NCBI GenBank assembly: GCA_030704615.1
Contig: CM060734.1
Coordinates: 51,522,001 to 51,586,000, forward strand
Direction: 5' to 3'
Length of the DNA: 64,000 nt
From: Takakia lepidozioides
Lineage: Eukaryota > Plantae > Bryophyta
Under the pieces are notes generated by a model. It was given only the letters and a program-made list of their open reading frames with translations, ran no database searches and was not told the DNA's origin. This document shows positions 13,286 to 26,150 of the stretch, piece by piece. A program made the translations under genes and the position numbers. How positions within the stretch are numbered: the first letter of the stretch is position 1; the number at the start of each line of letters is the position of its first letter.

Positions 13286-13288
<3 letters not shown>

Positions 13289-13353
<65 letters not shown>
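13289..13353. repeat. Compound (CT)n(CA)n microsatellite
   Basis: Directly visible run of CT dinucleotides followed by CA dinucleotides. Confidence 0.95.
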
Positions 13354-13355
<2 letters not shown>

Positions 13356-13718
13356 CCATTTGGGGAAATTCTCGTTAGATTTGCACAATCGCTATTCCAA
13401 TCGGAGTCTGGTTGCATGCCTGGCAAGTGTAAACCAATGACCATACCGAAGGGCCAATGCTGTGAGGACCAGAGCTTTCAGAGTAGTCATAGCCAACGCC
13501 TGCTATGGTCCATGAGCCAGTACATCCCTTAGCCCTTCTGGGTCAGAAACTCCACATGCAAGTAGGCCTCATTAAATGACATTTTCAGATGAGGGGCAGT
13601 GGGAAATTCCCGGGGCTGAGTGTGAGTGTCCGTTTTTGAAAGGCATTAAATGATCCAAACTTTTCCGCATTTATTGTGATCATCTAATTCTCACTTTGTG
13701 CCTTCCATGTGATGCAGA

Positions 13719-16217
13719 ATGAAATTGATATGGGGGCTTTCGGTATCACTACTTCTCATAAACCTGGCACAGATTGTGGAGAAGGCCGATGAATCACTCC
13801 TCCCAGCAGTTTACAAAGAAGTGTCAGAAGAATTTAAACTCAGCCCTTCCCAGCTTGGGACTCTCACTTTTGTCCGAACCCTTCTGCAGGCCCTTTTCTC
13901 TCCTGTAGCAGGGGTACTGGCAATGCAATTCTACCGACCATCTGTGATAGGCCTTGGCACCCTCTTCTGGGCCATTTCAACAGCTGCCATTGGTCTATCC
14001 AAAAATTTCACAATATGCACTCTTTCTCGGGCAGTCAATGGAGTTGGGCTGGCAATTGTTGTCCCTGCACTGCAGTCCTTCATAGCTGATAGTTATCCGG
14101 AAGGGGGGAGAGGGGTTGCCTTTGGATGGTTGAACCTTGTGGGTGGGCTTGGAGCCATAGCAGGTAGTGCTTCAGCTACAGTCATGGCAAGCTACACCTT
14201 TTGGGGTATGCCTGGATGGCGTGCAGCATTTCTTCTGATGGCCTGTGTGAGCTCTCTCATTGGCTTGCTGGTGCATTGGGTTGTTGTGGACCCCCGGCCT
14301 GATCGGTAAGTGACACAACTCTATTTTTGTATCTGCAGGTCTCTCTCTGACACTCTCTGTGCCCAAACTGGGTGCAGGATGTTTAGCCCACAAGAGTACA
14401 ACAAAGGAAAGACTAGTAGCTACAACTCCGTGGTTATTTGGGGGTCAGTGGAGTGTCTCTGATTCTCAGCAGAGTTCCTTATTTGCAGCATATCCAGAGT
14501 GTTTACGTAGACCGAGTTCTTTAACCAGGCTCTGCACTACCATAACTAGAAAAAATCCAGCTAGCACAGTGCTTGACAGTGCTAGGGTATTGCAAGTGAG
14601 ACTAGTTAATTCTAACCTGTGCTATTGAAGTTCCCCATTTACTGATTTTTCAGGGAGGTGAATGGAGCTAGGGAGGGAAGGAGCCTTCGCAGGGTTTGGC
14701 TGGATTTTCGGCTTGCAGTGAGAGATGTGCTGAAAATACCTACATTCCAGATAATTCTGATGCAGGGAGTTGTGGGATCCCTGCCATGGATGGCGATGGT
14801 ATTCTTCACTATGTGGTTGGAGCTCATTGGCAAGTTCTTCCTCCCTGTTCTGTCGGTTCTTTTCATCTCCATCTCTCTGTCTCTCCGTATCTCTGTTTCC
14901 CTTGAATGACAAAAGAAGAGACTTACTAGTGAAGGGGCCAGACACAGTGAATAATTTGGCCAGGGACAAGCATGGGTAAGTGCATAGGTCTTGTATGGAG
15001 ACTGCCTCCGGAGAGCATGTGGGCAATATCTTTCACATCATTCTGAATGGCAAGGTTTGAGCTTTGGGCACTGTCTAGCCAAGACAAGTATGAAATATCG
15101 TTGTTTGCACAATGGCACAGAAACCAGCTGATTGACAGTGGTCAAGCCCTCCTTGGGTGAAAACAGAGCTATTTTCTGTGATACAAGGTCAAGCCCAATC
15201 CCTCCCATACCCATCAAGCAGATCAGGGTTGGAATTTGGTGCACCAAGGAGCAGAAGTGGGATAACTTGGAAATCTGGACACATGTTACCGGGACACCAC
15301 CTGGATATCTTCCACCTTTTTTATGCTAGTTACCCAAACCAAGTTTAGGAGTGCACAGAAGGATGCATGATCCAGTATGGATGGGTGATAGCGCAATGAT
15401 TTTGATCTGGCTGCTCTTTATTGGTGTTTACTTCAACTTGGTAGAAAGAGTGAATGAGATCTTACCAGTGGAAAGTGCTTTCCTTAGGTGTGGAATCCAT
15501 GGTATTTGATAGGAGCTGGGTATTTTCCAAAAAGGAAGACAAAGTGTGCATGCATTATCTGAATCCTGCTGTGTTTCTTCCACAGGTTTTGGACACAAGA
15601 GCGCAGCAAGCCTGACCAGCATCTTCTCTGGAGGCTGTGCCATTGGCAGCCTCTTCGGGGGCTGGATGGGTGACAAAGTTGAGCGAAAATTTCCTGGAAA
15701 GGGCCGCATAATGTGCGCCCAGTTTTCCTCTTTCATGGGTATTCCGTGTTCATGGTTATTGCTCCATGTCCTCCCCCAGGATCCCCAGCATTGGGCTCTC
15801 TTTGCAGCAACATTCTTGTTCATGGGATTAACCATTAGCTGGTGTCAAGCTTGTGCCAACAATCCCATGTTTGCAGAGGTTGTTCCCGAGGAGTATAGGA
15901 CGGTAATTTACTCCTTTGATCGTGCAATAGAGGGAGCCATTGGGGCTCTTGCAGCTCCCCTAGTAGGCCTATTGGCAGAGCATGTCTATGGGTACAGGGT
16001 TGATCTGGTGATTCCCAAGGCAGGATCACCTGCAGAGTCAGTTGCTCTCTCTAGTGGCCTACTTGCAATGATGGCGGTCCCTTTTGGTATCTGCTGCTTG
16101 TGTTACACACCCTTGTATATCACTTACGGGAGGGACCGTGATATGGCTCAGACAGCAATGAGGAGATATTCTCCAGTGTTCGATGAGGAGTCCATGAAAG
16201 GCTTCACCGAGCTATGA
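13719..16217 (+). CDS. Major facilitator superfamily (MFS_1, spinster-like) transporter, 3 coding exons, ~464 aa
   Basis: Exons 13719-14305, 14654-14829 and 15586-16217 sum to 1395 nt in frame. Motifs include EKADESLLPAVYKEV, RAVNGVGLAIVVPALQSFIAD, QGVVGSLPW, WLELIGF and NNPMFAEVVP. The ATG follows an AG acceptor, so an upstream exon is likely. Confidence 0.9.
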
Positions 16218-17202
16218 GGAGGTCCTCAACCATGAATGACTGAGAGACGATGAGTCTGTGAGCTTTGGCCTCTGCAGTTTCTATGTTCTCAAGAATGACT
16301 ACCTGTCAGTGTCATGAATATTGTGCTGATAAGATTAAATCTGAGTTGAGCATGAGAAGTTGAAGCTAGATGTAGACAGGTTTCAAAGTCTTGTCTGCCA
16401 TGTTGATCAGCAAAAGCATTTCAGCCCTTCTGGGTAACTCTAAGCCTTAAAGGTATTATTCTTGTGTTTAACTTCCTGGAAACTAAACAAACTTTGGGGT
16501 GTAGCTGGATGCCCATGCTATTCTAGAAGTACAATAATATGCTTACAAGTAGAAGAATCAGGGGTAGTCAGAGTGCTATGACACACAGCTTGACTATAGG
16601 GCAAGTTTCAATAGGGCTGATCACAAAGGCATCATGAGACACTGACACTTCTGAACGAGATTTTTCTTGGTGGCCTGGCAAAAGTTCTAATTTGTTTCAA
16701 GTGCTGAACACTGTCCACTGAGCAATTAACTTAAGCTCCATTAAACTGTTTTGTTTACCGTTGAGCCCTACTAGTGCCACCTCAGATTGACAAGCCAGGC
16801 GTCGGTTCCGGTCTCGAGGGCCCTTCTGTATTCTGCCTCCTCGTTATCTCTGCTCCCAGTCGAAAACCTTTTCCTCTTCTCTCAGACTGCGATTTTTTCC
16901 CTTCACCAGTTGTAGTCCACTCCAGCTAAACATGACGCCTGAGGATCCCATGAGAAGTTATTGCAACCAGAGTATGATAGGGCAGTACCAGCTTCATGAT
17001 GGAACGCTTTTAACTAGGTTTTTGAGCATTGTTGGGAACATTCAGAACCTCTGCGCAGGTATGTGAATCCTGGTATCAGATGTGTTTAGGTCTCTCCAAT
17101 CATGGGAATTTTGCACAGTCGTGCTCGTGATTGAAGGTACGTAGTCAATTCATTGTACATGGGTAGGCTCATACTTGTCACTTGGAAATCATACCCCCAC
17201 AG

Positions 17203-17445
17203 GCATATGGGCATGGGCAAAAAGCATTCAAGGATGACTGGGCCATGTGGATTAATTTCTTGGCAGCTGTGTTGTCTCATCCAGAGCAAGCTGATGTTGC
17301 AGGATTGGCTGCCAGAGTGACCGATCTGTTGAGGGGGCACCCAGACCTTATTCTAGGGTTCAATGCCTTTCTACCCAAGGATTATGAAATCAGTCCGCCT
17401 ACAAAAGAGAAACCTCATGGTTCTGGCACGCAGCTAAGTTCATGA
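17203..17445 (+). pseudogene. Stand-alone PAH (Sin3 paired amphipathic helix) domain, copy 1; no clear start
   Basis: KAFKDDWAMWINFL...VAGLAARVTDLLRGHPDLILGFNAFLPKDYEI matches the Sin3 PAH1 consensus (V..RV..L..GH.DLI.GFN.FLP.GY.I). Preceded by the acceptor ccccacag; no in-frame upstream exon could be built. Confidence 0.7.
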
Positions 17446-17647
17446 GATCAAGTGCTTAAGAAGCGAGAGAGAGGTTTTAAAAGCTCGCGAGCTTTGAATC
17501 CATGGAAGCCATGAATGAGCCTTCCAGGATGCTTTTCCTTATTTGGAGCATCAAGAACTCGACTACTGTGAGAAGCCTTTCATGATCTAATATTCAGGGG
17601 AGCGTGCCCTGGTTGCGCAAAATAGTGAACAGTGCGCCTGACATGGA

Positions 17648-20600
17648 TGTCTCTTAGCAAATCGCTGTCATCTACTGTCATGTAAGGTTTGTCTTGCTGT
17701 TGAAAAAATCCCTTGTGCAGAATCCATCCTGGCGTGCGTGTATTCTCTGCTCGAGTCTCTGCTTAGCTCTCTTCATTAATGGTGCAGCTCAGTGCCCCTT
17801 TCAAGAAACCAAAGGTGCACGAAAGTGTAGGCCACAAGTCAGTAGCAGTGGCTGTCTTTGTTGGGTACCTTCCATAGCAGGCCACAAACACACCTTCCAG
17901 GCTTTTGCAAGACTTGAAACAGGCTCAACTTCATGGCTCTGGGATCTGAGGGTGAGAATTCAGACACTCACGAAGAAATTTTCAAAAAGTGTCACCGTCG
18001 TCTCTCTCCTCCACATCCTAAGCGGCCAAAGACAACACCTCGTTCTGGATTGTGACCACCGTGTGCAGTGTGCACTCTTACCGCAATGTACAGCTCTTAA
18101 TGAGTAGTTGGATAGTGATGAGTATACGAGAGAAAGAACCAGATAATTTGGGTACGTCCACAGCAGAACGGATCGTGGAGAGAGTATGTGCGTGTCCAAC
18201 TGTAAACGAGTGGAGCCTCGGGGCCTGCAGGCAAGCTGAAAGGCTTCTACTGATGAGAAGCCTTTCACCTTACGGAAGAGGGAATGGTGATGAATGCAGA
18301 TACATCACCTTCTGCACGAATGCATGCCACAAACATGAATACTTGAGTCTCTCTAGCTAAATATGGTCTGTCAAATAATTTGGAAGGCGCTTTAAAAGGC
18401 TAGATCATATCTAGAAAATTTTATTTCTGGAAAAGAGAGCTGTGCAGAGCCAGAGAAAGCTTCAGTTTTCAATCATGTGCAACATTTGTGCATGTACGTA
18501 GCGCCCTTTCATCTCCGTTGAATCTTGCTGAAATTGTAGAATTTCCTTAACAGAGTCCTCCTGATCAGACCTCAAGTTTGTGGTGCTTCGAGGGAAGTAA
18601 GTGGGCCAATTTGCCGTAGTATCTAGATCTGGGGCAATATGTCTGGTTGTTGACAAGCAGGACTCCAAATTTTTTGTGGCCTATATATCCATATGATTGA
18701 TTGCTACATGAACTCGTAGCTCATGGTCCTCACGCTCCACTGCTTGGCAATACACTTCAAATGAAGCCTGCTTTAGAATCATTTGAATGTAGATTTCTGG
18801 ACATTTGGGCTCAGCAGTGGACATGGAAGTGTAGGAAGGACACTGAAGTGGGAGTAAATTGCATACACTTGAACCTTTATTGGACCTTCAAATGATAGTT
18901 TACCACACTGAGGCCACAGTGAGCCGAGAGGCAATCCTCATTGTATGAGCACTACAGACCCCAGACCTCCCCAGACGTATCTAGACATATCGTCAGGGAG
19001 TCTTTTATGAGCTAGCAGCTGTGACTTCAATTTATATGTAGACAATGTAAATTCTCTGGCAAAGTGCCCTATGGAAGATCTGTGGCACTGGACTGGGCGC
19101 AAATGGAACTGATCCCTTCCAGGAGCTGTGGCCTTGTAAGAGTTAGTCCAGGCTGCGATTTTCTAGCACAGTTCATCGCCGGACTCAGACTGATGATCCT
19201 CCTTGGTGAACTGGAAGGCCTGATTTATCTGATTTATGAGGTTTCTTCAAATGCTAGTACTCTATAGGCGGACTGATTTTATAACCCTTGGGTAGAAAGG
19301 CATTAAATCCCAGAATTAAGTCTGGGTGCCCCTTCAACAGGTGGGTCACTCTGGCAGCCAATCCTGCAACATCAACTTGCTCTGGGTAAGACATCAGAGC
19401 TACCAAGAACTTAATCCAAGTTGCATAGTCATCCTTGAACGCTTTTTTCACTGCCATGAGATAAACGATCGGATCAGGCCCTCCAGATATGGACAGTTTG
19501 TCCGATCTACGCCTCAATCATCTTCCGACCAGGCATCCCCCATGCGTTAATCCAGATAGACTTCATAGAACGTACATGACGGAGGTGTCCTGGGGAGTGG
19601 GGGGGGGGGGGGGGCATTGCGATTGCATGGCTGATGCGCAAAAACCCTCTTCCCTGGCACCCTCCCTGAGCAAATCATCCCGGTATTCAATTCATGGAGC
19701 GTGCCATTGTGAAGTCCTGCAAAACTGCGGCAATGTAATCTTGTCGAAGGTCTGAAGTTAGGAAAATAAAACTCTGGAAAAGAATGCTGGACGAAAATAC
19801 CTGGAGATCAAATGGTTGGTCGTTTCAACCGATCTCGAGCATGCCGAGCACACACCAGTAGTAAAGCTGCTGCCCTCGCCAAGATCATCTCTCTACATAT
19901 ACTCCCTCTCCGTTCCATGAGGGCTCAAGTCACCCACCGTCGAAGCCTTCAGAAAGCCCTGTCAGCTCAGTGTGGTCTCTATCGGCAGGGACAAGGGACG
20001 CAGAGTAGGCCCAGATTCTGAGCAGTGTCTCCATCGACTCCACAGCTACACACTACAGGTACCCTTGCCCATTCCTTCTCACACTCAAACTATTCACAAC
20101 ACATTCGCTCACATTCGGCTATTTATATCACAAGATTGTGGGGCGGTTATACTGATACTTTTCTTACTAATGGGTATCAAAAACCTTTCAAATCTTAGTC
20201 ATCTGACACTGACTGGTGTGCCACTGGTGTGCCAGGTATAGTAAACAAGTCATGCCTGGTTTATGAAATACTGAAGCTGCGCATCAGCAATACTAAGTCA
20301 GGCTTGAATTGCTAGTATCTGTTTAGTGAAGGATATTTCTTTCGTATGCACAGATTTTTAAGGTTATGAATCCATCCTGTTACCTCTAAGAATTGGATTG
20401 AGACCATGATATAGATCAACCATAAGAAGCTCTTCTAATTAAGCAGTTATCTCTCAATTCTGATGGCTCCGGCTAACTTTGGCGTGGTATGTTATAATTA
20501 ACAGTAGTTATCTTTAACGCATGGCCCCAGCACTGGAGTGCTAGCGAGGCTGCTAAGTTGAAACCTAGTTAGCTCTGCTGACAAGCCCCATGCAGTTGTC

Positions 20601-20727
20601 CGCTGGGAAGACCCTGTGTATACGCTCCTGAAGAGAGTAGAGTTGCGTGGGTACTTGGGGCAGGTGGCCAAACTGCGGCCGCTCAGAGTTGTGCCAAGTG
20701 TGGTCGGTCTTGTAGCCTTCTTTAGAC
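17648..20727. repeat. Tandem duplication unit A (~3.1 kb), carrying PAH copy 2
   Basis: Collinear with and highly similar to 21033-24017, from TTAGCA(A)ATCGCTGTCATCTACTGTCAT to TGTAGCCTT.TTTAGAC. Confidence 0.9.
19254..19517 (-). pseudogene. Stand-alone PAH domain, copy 2 (5' part frameshifted relative to copy 3; an internal ATG could give ~68 aa)
   Basis: MAVKKAFKDDYATWIKFL...RVTHLLKGHPDLILGFNAFLPKGYKISPPIEY. Indels upstream (gcgtagatcgg versus gcgtatcgg) break the frame seen in copy 3. Confidence 0.75.
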
Positions 20728-20778
20728 GTGAAGCGAAAGCGGTTTTCAAAAGCTCGTCAGCTTTGAATCCATGGATCG

Positions 20779-21015
20779 AAGAAATGAAATGAAGTGGTGC
20801 TTTAAAATAACGTCCGCGGAAAACTCATAGAGCTTATGGGACAAAATGGAAGAGAACATGAGAGAGGAAACAAAACCAAAGCCAAGAATAAGAACTATCG
20901 TTAGAGTGATTGTCTAAGGGTGAAGGCCTTGTGCAGCAGACCTGTAAGCTGCCAAGCATTTCTGATCCCCATAGTGACAGACTTCAGTGAGAGATTGGGT
21001 TCCACGGAATAAATA
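20779..21015 (-). mobile_element. Short 3' end of an (ATTTC)n-tailed LINE
   Basis: Homologous to 33925-34138 and 34598-35104, with the GAAATGAAATG tail on the plus strand. It lies at the junction of the two tandem units. Confidence 0.8.
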
Positions 21016-21032
21016 GGATGGTCATGAAGGCC

Positions 21033-24017
21033 TGTCTGTTAGCAATCGCTGTCATCTACTGTCATTTAAGGTTTGTCTTGCAGCTGAGAAAATCCCTTGC
21101 CCAGTTGAATCCATCGGTTGCGTGCGTGTATTCTCTGCTTAGCACTCTTCATTCTCTCTTCGACATTGATGTAGCTCAGTGCCCCTTTCAAGAAACCAAA
21201 GGTGCACGAAAGTGTAGGCCACATGACAGTAGTAGCAGAGGCTGTCTTGTAGGGTACCTTCCATAGCAGGTAACAAACACACCTTCCAGGTTTTCAATGC
21301 AAGACTTGAAACAGGCTCAAATTCATGGCTCTGGATCTGAGGCTCAGAATTCAAACACTCACGAAGAAATTTTCAAAAAGTGTCAGCGTCGTCTCTCTCC
21401 TCCACATCCTAAGCGGCCAAAGACAGCACCTCGTTCTGGATTGTGACCAACGTATGCAGTGTGCACTCTTACCCCACTGTACAGCTCCTATGAGTAGTTG
21501 GATAGAGATGAGTATGGAGTGAAAGAACCAGATAATTTGGTTACGTCCACAGTGCTCAGAACGGATCGTGGAGAGAGTATGTGCGCGTCCAACTGCAAAC
21601 TGAAAGGCCTCTACTGATGAGAAGCCTTTCCCCTTGTGGAAGAGGGAATGGTGATGAATGCAGATACATCACCTTCTGTACGAATGCATGCCACAAACAT
21701 GCATACTTGAGTCTCTCTAGCTAAATATGGTCGGTCAAATAATTTGGAAGGAGCTTTAAAAGGCTAGATCATATCTAGAAAATGTTCTTTCTGGAAAAGA
21801 GAGCTGTGCCTCCAGAGAAAGCTTGAGTTTTCTATTATGTGCACACTAGACCGTGCATATACTTAGCGCCCTTTCAGATCCTTTGAGTCTTGCTGAAATT
21901 ATAGAATTTCCTTACGAAAGTCCCCCTGATCAGACCTCACGTTTGTGGTGCTTCAAGGGAAGTAAGGGGGCCAATTTGCCATAGTATCTAGATCTGGGGC
22001 AATATGTCTGGTTGTTGACAAGCAGGACTCCAACTTTTTTGTGGCATACATATCCATATGATTGATTGCTACATGAACAGCTCGTAGCTCATGATCCTCA
22101 TGCTCCACTGCTTGGAGGCGGAGTAAATTGCATACACTTGAACCTTTATTGGACCTTCAATTGATAGTTTACCACACTGAGGCCACAGTGAGCCGAGAGG
22201 CAATCCTCATTGTATGAGCACTACAGACCCCGGACCTCCCCAGACGTATCTAGACATATCGTTAGGGAGTCTTTTATGAGCTAGCAGCTGTGACTCAATT
22301 TTTATATAGACAACGTAAATTCTCTGACTAAGTGCCCTATGGAAGATCTGTGGCACTGAATTGGGCGCAATTGGAACTGATCTCTTCCAGTAGCTGTGGC
22401 CTTGTAAGAGAGAGTCCAGGCTGCGATTTTCTAGCACACTTCATCGCCGGACTCAGACTGATGATCCCCTTGGTCAACTGGAAGGCCTGATTTATGTGGT
22501 TTATGAGGTTTCTTCAAATGCTAGTACTCTATAGGCGGACTGATTTTATAACCAGTGGGTAGAAAGGCATTAAATCCCAGAATTAGGTCTGGGTGCCCCT
22601 TCAACAGACGGGTCACTCTGGCAGCCAATCCTGCAACATCAACTTGCTCTGGGTAAGACATCAGAGCTACCAAGAACTTAATCCAGGTTGCATAGTCATC
22701 CTTGAGCGCTTTTTTCACTGCCATGAGGTAAAAGATGGGATCAGGCCCTCCATATATTCCATACAGCTCCAGACAGTTTGTCCGATACGCCTCAATCATC
22801 TTCCGACGCATCCGCCATGCGGTAATCCAGATAGACTTCATAGAACGGGTCATGGAGCGTGGGCGTCTCATTGTGATTGCAGGCCGTGCAAAGTCTGGCG
22901 CAAAAACCCTCTTCCCTGGCCCTCTCCGGGTATTCAATTCATGGAGTGTGCCATTAATTGTGAAGTCCTGCAAAACTGAGGCAATGTAATCTTGTCAAAG
23001 GTCTGAAGGTAAGAAAATAAAGCTCTGGAAAAGAATGCTGGACGTTCGAAATATATATCTGGAGATTAAATGGTTCGTGGTTTCAAGTTTCAACCGATCT
23101 CGAGCGTGCCGAGCACACACCAGTAGCAAGCTGCAGCTGCCCTCGCCAAGCTCATCTCTCTACATATACTCCCTCTCCGTTCCATGAGGGCTCGAGTCAC
23201 CCACCGTCGAAGCCTTCAGAAATCCCTGTCAGCTAAGTGTGGTCTCTGTCGGCAGGGACAAGGGACCCAGAGTAGGCCCAGATTCTGAGCAGTGTCTCCA
23301 TCGACTCCACAGCTACACAATAAAGGTACCCCTGCAGCTTTCTTCTCACAATCAAACTATTCACAGCACATTCGGCTATTTATATCACAAGATTGTGGGG
23401 CGGTTATACTGATACTTTTCTTACTAATGGGTATCAAAAACCTTTCAAATCTTAGTCATCTGACACTGACTGGTGTGCCACTGGTGTGCCAGGTATAGTA
23501 AACAAGTCATGCCTGGTTTATGAAATACTGAAGCTGCACATCAGCAATACTAAGTCAGGCTTGAATTGCTAATAGCCGTTTACTGATGGATACAGTCTTT
23601 CGTGTGCATCATAGAACCAGATTTCTATGGTTATCAATCCTGCTATCTCTAAGAACTGGATTGCATGATATAGATCAACCATTGAAAGGAGCTCTTCAAG
23701 AGCAGTTATCTCTTAATTCTGATGGCTCCGGCTAACTTGGACCTGTTATGTTATAATTAACAGTGGTTATCTTTAATTCATGGCCCCAGTAACTGGAGTG
23801 CTAGCGAGGCTGCTAATTAGAAATTGAAACCTAGTTAGCTCTGCTGACAAGCCCCATGCAGTTGTCCGCTGGGAAGACCCTGTGTACGCTCCTGAAAAGA
23901 GGAGAGTTGCGTGGGCACTTGGGGCAGGTGGCCACGCCACAACTGTAGCTAAACTGACTGTGAGTGCGGCCGCTCAGAGTTGTGACAAGTGTGGTCGGTC
24001 TTGTAGCCTTGTTTAGA
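21033..24017. repeat. Tandem duplication unit B (~3.0 kb), carrying PAH copy 3
   Basis: Collinear with 17648-20727. Confidence 0.9.
22521..22973 (-). CDS. Small protein with a single C-terminal Sin3-type PAH domain (copy 3, open frame)
   Basis: Uninterrupted frame. The first ATG gives MRRPRSMTRSMKS...PIFYLMAVKKALKDDYATWIKFL...GHPDLILGFNAFLPTGYKISPPIEY (~116 aa). An acceptor ttttgcag lies near 22968. Expression unknown. Confidence 0.6.
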   Translation of the reverse strand: MQDFTINGTLHELNTRRGPGKRVFAPDFARPAITMRRPRSMTRSMKSIWITAWRMRRKMIEAYRTNCLELYGIYGGPDPIFYLMAVKKALKDDYATWIKFLVALMSYPEQVDVAGLAARVTRLLKGHPDLILGFNAFLPTGYKISPPIEY

Positions 24018-25899
24018 CAACGAGTTTCTGTTGCTTTACAAAAGGCTCAAGCTCTGTCTATTTTACATAGGGAGAGGTGGCCCGGGCGGCTTCATTTCGC
24101 CTCCTCACACTTTCCATCCTCTTTTCTCTTGTCTGACCTTCCAGATCAGGCAACAAACACACCTTCCAGGCTTTTTTAAGACTTGGAACAGCCTGGGCGG
24201 GACTGTCCCTAAATATAGTTCCTCTAGACAGCCAGAACTGGATCCAAGGGCTCAAGTCCATGGCTCTGGGATCTGATGGTCAGGATTCACTAGGAGATTT
24301 GAAAAAAGTGTCACGGTGGTCTCTCTACTCCGTATCGTAAGCGGCCAGAGAGAACACCTCGTTTTACTTTACTGTGACCCACGTGTGCGGTGTGCATCCT
24401 GAACCCATTGTACAGCTCTTACTGAGTAGTTGGATAAGAGATGCGTATGAGAGAAAGAAGCAGAGAATTTTGTTACGTCCACAGTAGAACGGAGTGGAGA
24501 GGCGCGTGGAGAGACAGTGTGTGTGTCCAAGTGCAACGAGTGGAGCCTCGGGGGCTGAGCTCTTCCAGCGATGGGCCCTCTATAAGTAGGATGCCTATCG
24601 CCTGTTCACTCTGTCCTTCTTCTCTGTCGGTTCTCAGATAACCTTGAGTTCCTCCTCCTTTTTCCACCGCTTTAATGTGTACAGTCTGTGAGAGCGGATG
24701 CTGCATACTAGCAGATCACTAGTGTGTGAAATTGGGAGAGAAGGTTGTAAGCACCGGTGTGAGCGGAAGAGGAACATGTGCACCTCAAGCGAGTCTGCAG
24801 AGAAGCCGCCATCAGAAGCGGTGAAGCGAGGTGCGCAGCAGGAGAGCAAGAACGCAGTGCGCACACGGCTGCTGGCCATCTCACAGACAGATCCCACTGG
24901 GGTGTGCTTGCTGGTGCAGTCACCCAAGGTCGTCCCCCAGGGAGCTGGGCTGGAGGAGAGTGGTGACAAGTTCCGCTTCAAGTTAATGGCCATTTCTCGT
25001 GTTCAGACTGCAGGGCTACCTTACTAGGATTTGCTTCTTGGGCTGTAGAACAATTGAAAGGCTCTTGCTGCTTCTTCATCTTGGTGATCTTCAACCTTTG
25101 AGGGATAACACTATTTGACAATGCAAAATAGGGCTGCAGGCAGTTTTGCTACTTGCAATTTCTTTGCTTGCTCACCAGACACCCATAGGCAAGTGTGTGC
25201 AACGCTGCAGGTCAAGGCTGCAGCATGGGCCCCAAAGAGAGTGAAAAGCTTCCAGTGGAAACAACTTTGTAAGCATGAAAGTTGAACTCCTGACCTCTTT
25301 TCAATGAAAAGGCGAGGGGGTGTGTGTATTATGATGTTCTCAACCTGTATGAAAGAGATCATTGGCCTTAGCTCGCAGATATCACAAAGGCGGCCACTTC
25401 AACCAACAAATTTTCTCTTCTTCCCCTTTCCTAGTTCACATCCCCCCTCTTCCTGTTAAGCTAGTTCGGGTGATCACGTGGGATGGTCCTCAGCGGAGAT
25501 TTATTGCCACTTATTCCCACGAGTCCTCCGTACACTCCAGACCCACGCTAGGGAATTCCAAATAGGCCTTGATGTGAAATGCAGCGCAATTCACTTGATC
25601 AGATGCCAATTCAATTGAACTAACCCTAATTTGCAACTCAATTGAATTGCTGACTGCAATTCAATTGAATGTAATCTATAATTTTTAACGCAGTTTTGTA
25701 TATAATATATATAATATATTATCATGTGTATGTATATGTATATGTATCGTATACACATATACATACGAGAGTATAAGATGAATATACATGCTGGCCCGTC
25801 TATTCCTGCTGCCCGTCCAACCTTTGCTTGTGGTAAGGCCTAAGTCACGACATGAGTCGCGTACCCTAAAGGAGAGATATATACTACACATATATACTA

Positions 25900-26150
25900 G
25901 TCGAGGTATCGTCATTAGGTTGTAGCCCTGTTTGATATATCTACATAGGTATAGTATTTCATTTTACAAGAAAAGTTGGCCAAATTAATCTATATTTATG
26001 CGGAGGTATCGTCATGAGACAGTAGCCCTGTTTAGTATACCACCAGAGGTATAGCGCATGACTTACAAAGAAACCTGGTCAAATCAGCCTATATGCAGGT
26101 TGAGGTATCGTTATGAGGTAGTTGCCCTGTTTAGTATACCTACAGAGGGA
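25900..26150. repeat. Three ~100-bp subterminal direct repeats inside the left TIR end
   Basis: GAGGTATCGT(C/T)AT.AG..(T/A)GT(A/T)GCCCTGTTT...TATA at ~25903, ~26003 and ~26102. Confidence 0.75.

Noticed and set aside
16932-17136. Upstream ATG exon(s) for PAH copy 1
   Set aside because: Direct splicing is out of phase. The alternative needs a 31-nt intron and hits a TGA.
18236-18268. CTGATGA inside a hairpin (GAAAGGCTTCT...AGAAGCCTTTC) as a hammerhead ribozyme
   Set aside because: CTGATGA sits in the loop of a single stem. No three-stem junction with downstream GAAA and an NUH site can be built.
24634-25027. Overlapping ~110-120 aa ORFs repeated at 35290-35632
   Set aside because: No recognisable domain, and indels between the two copies shift frames, so conservation reflects recent duplication.
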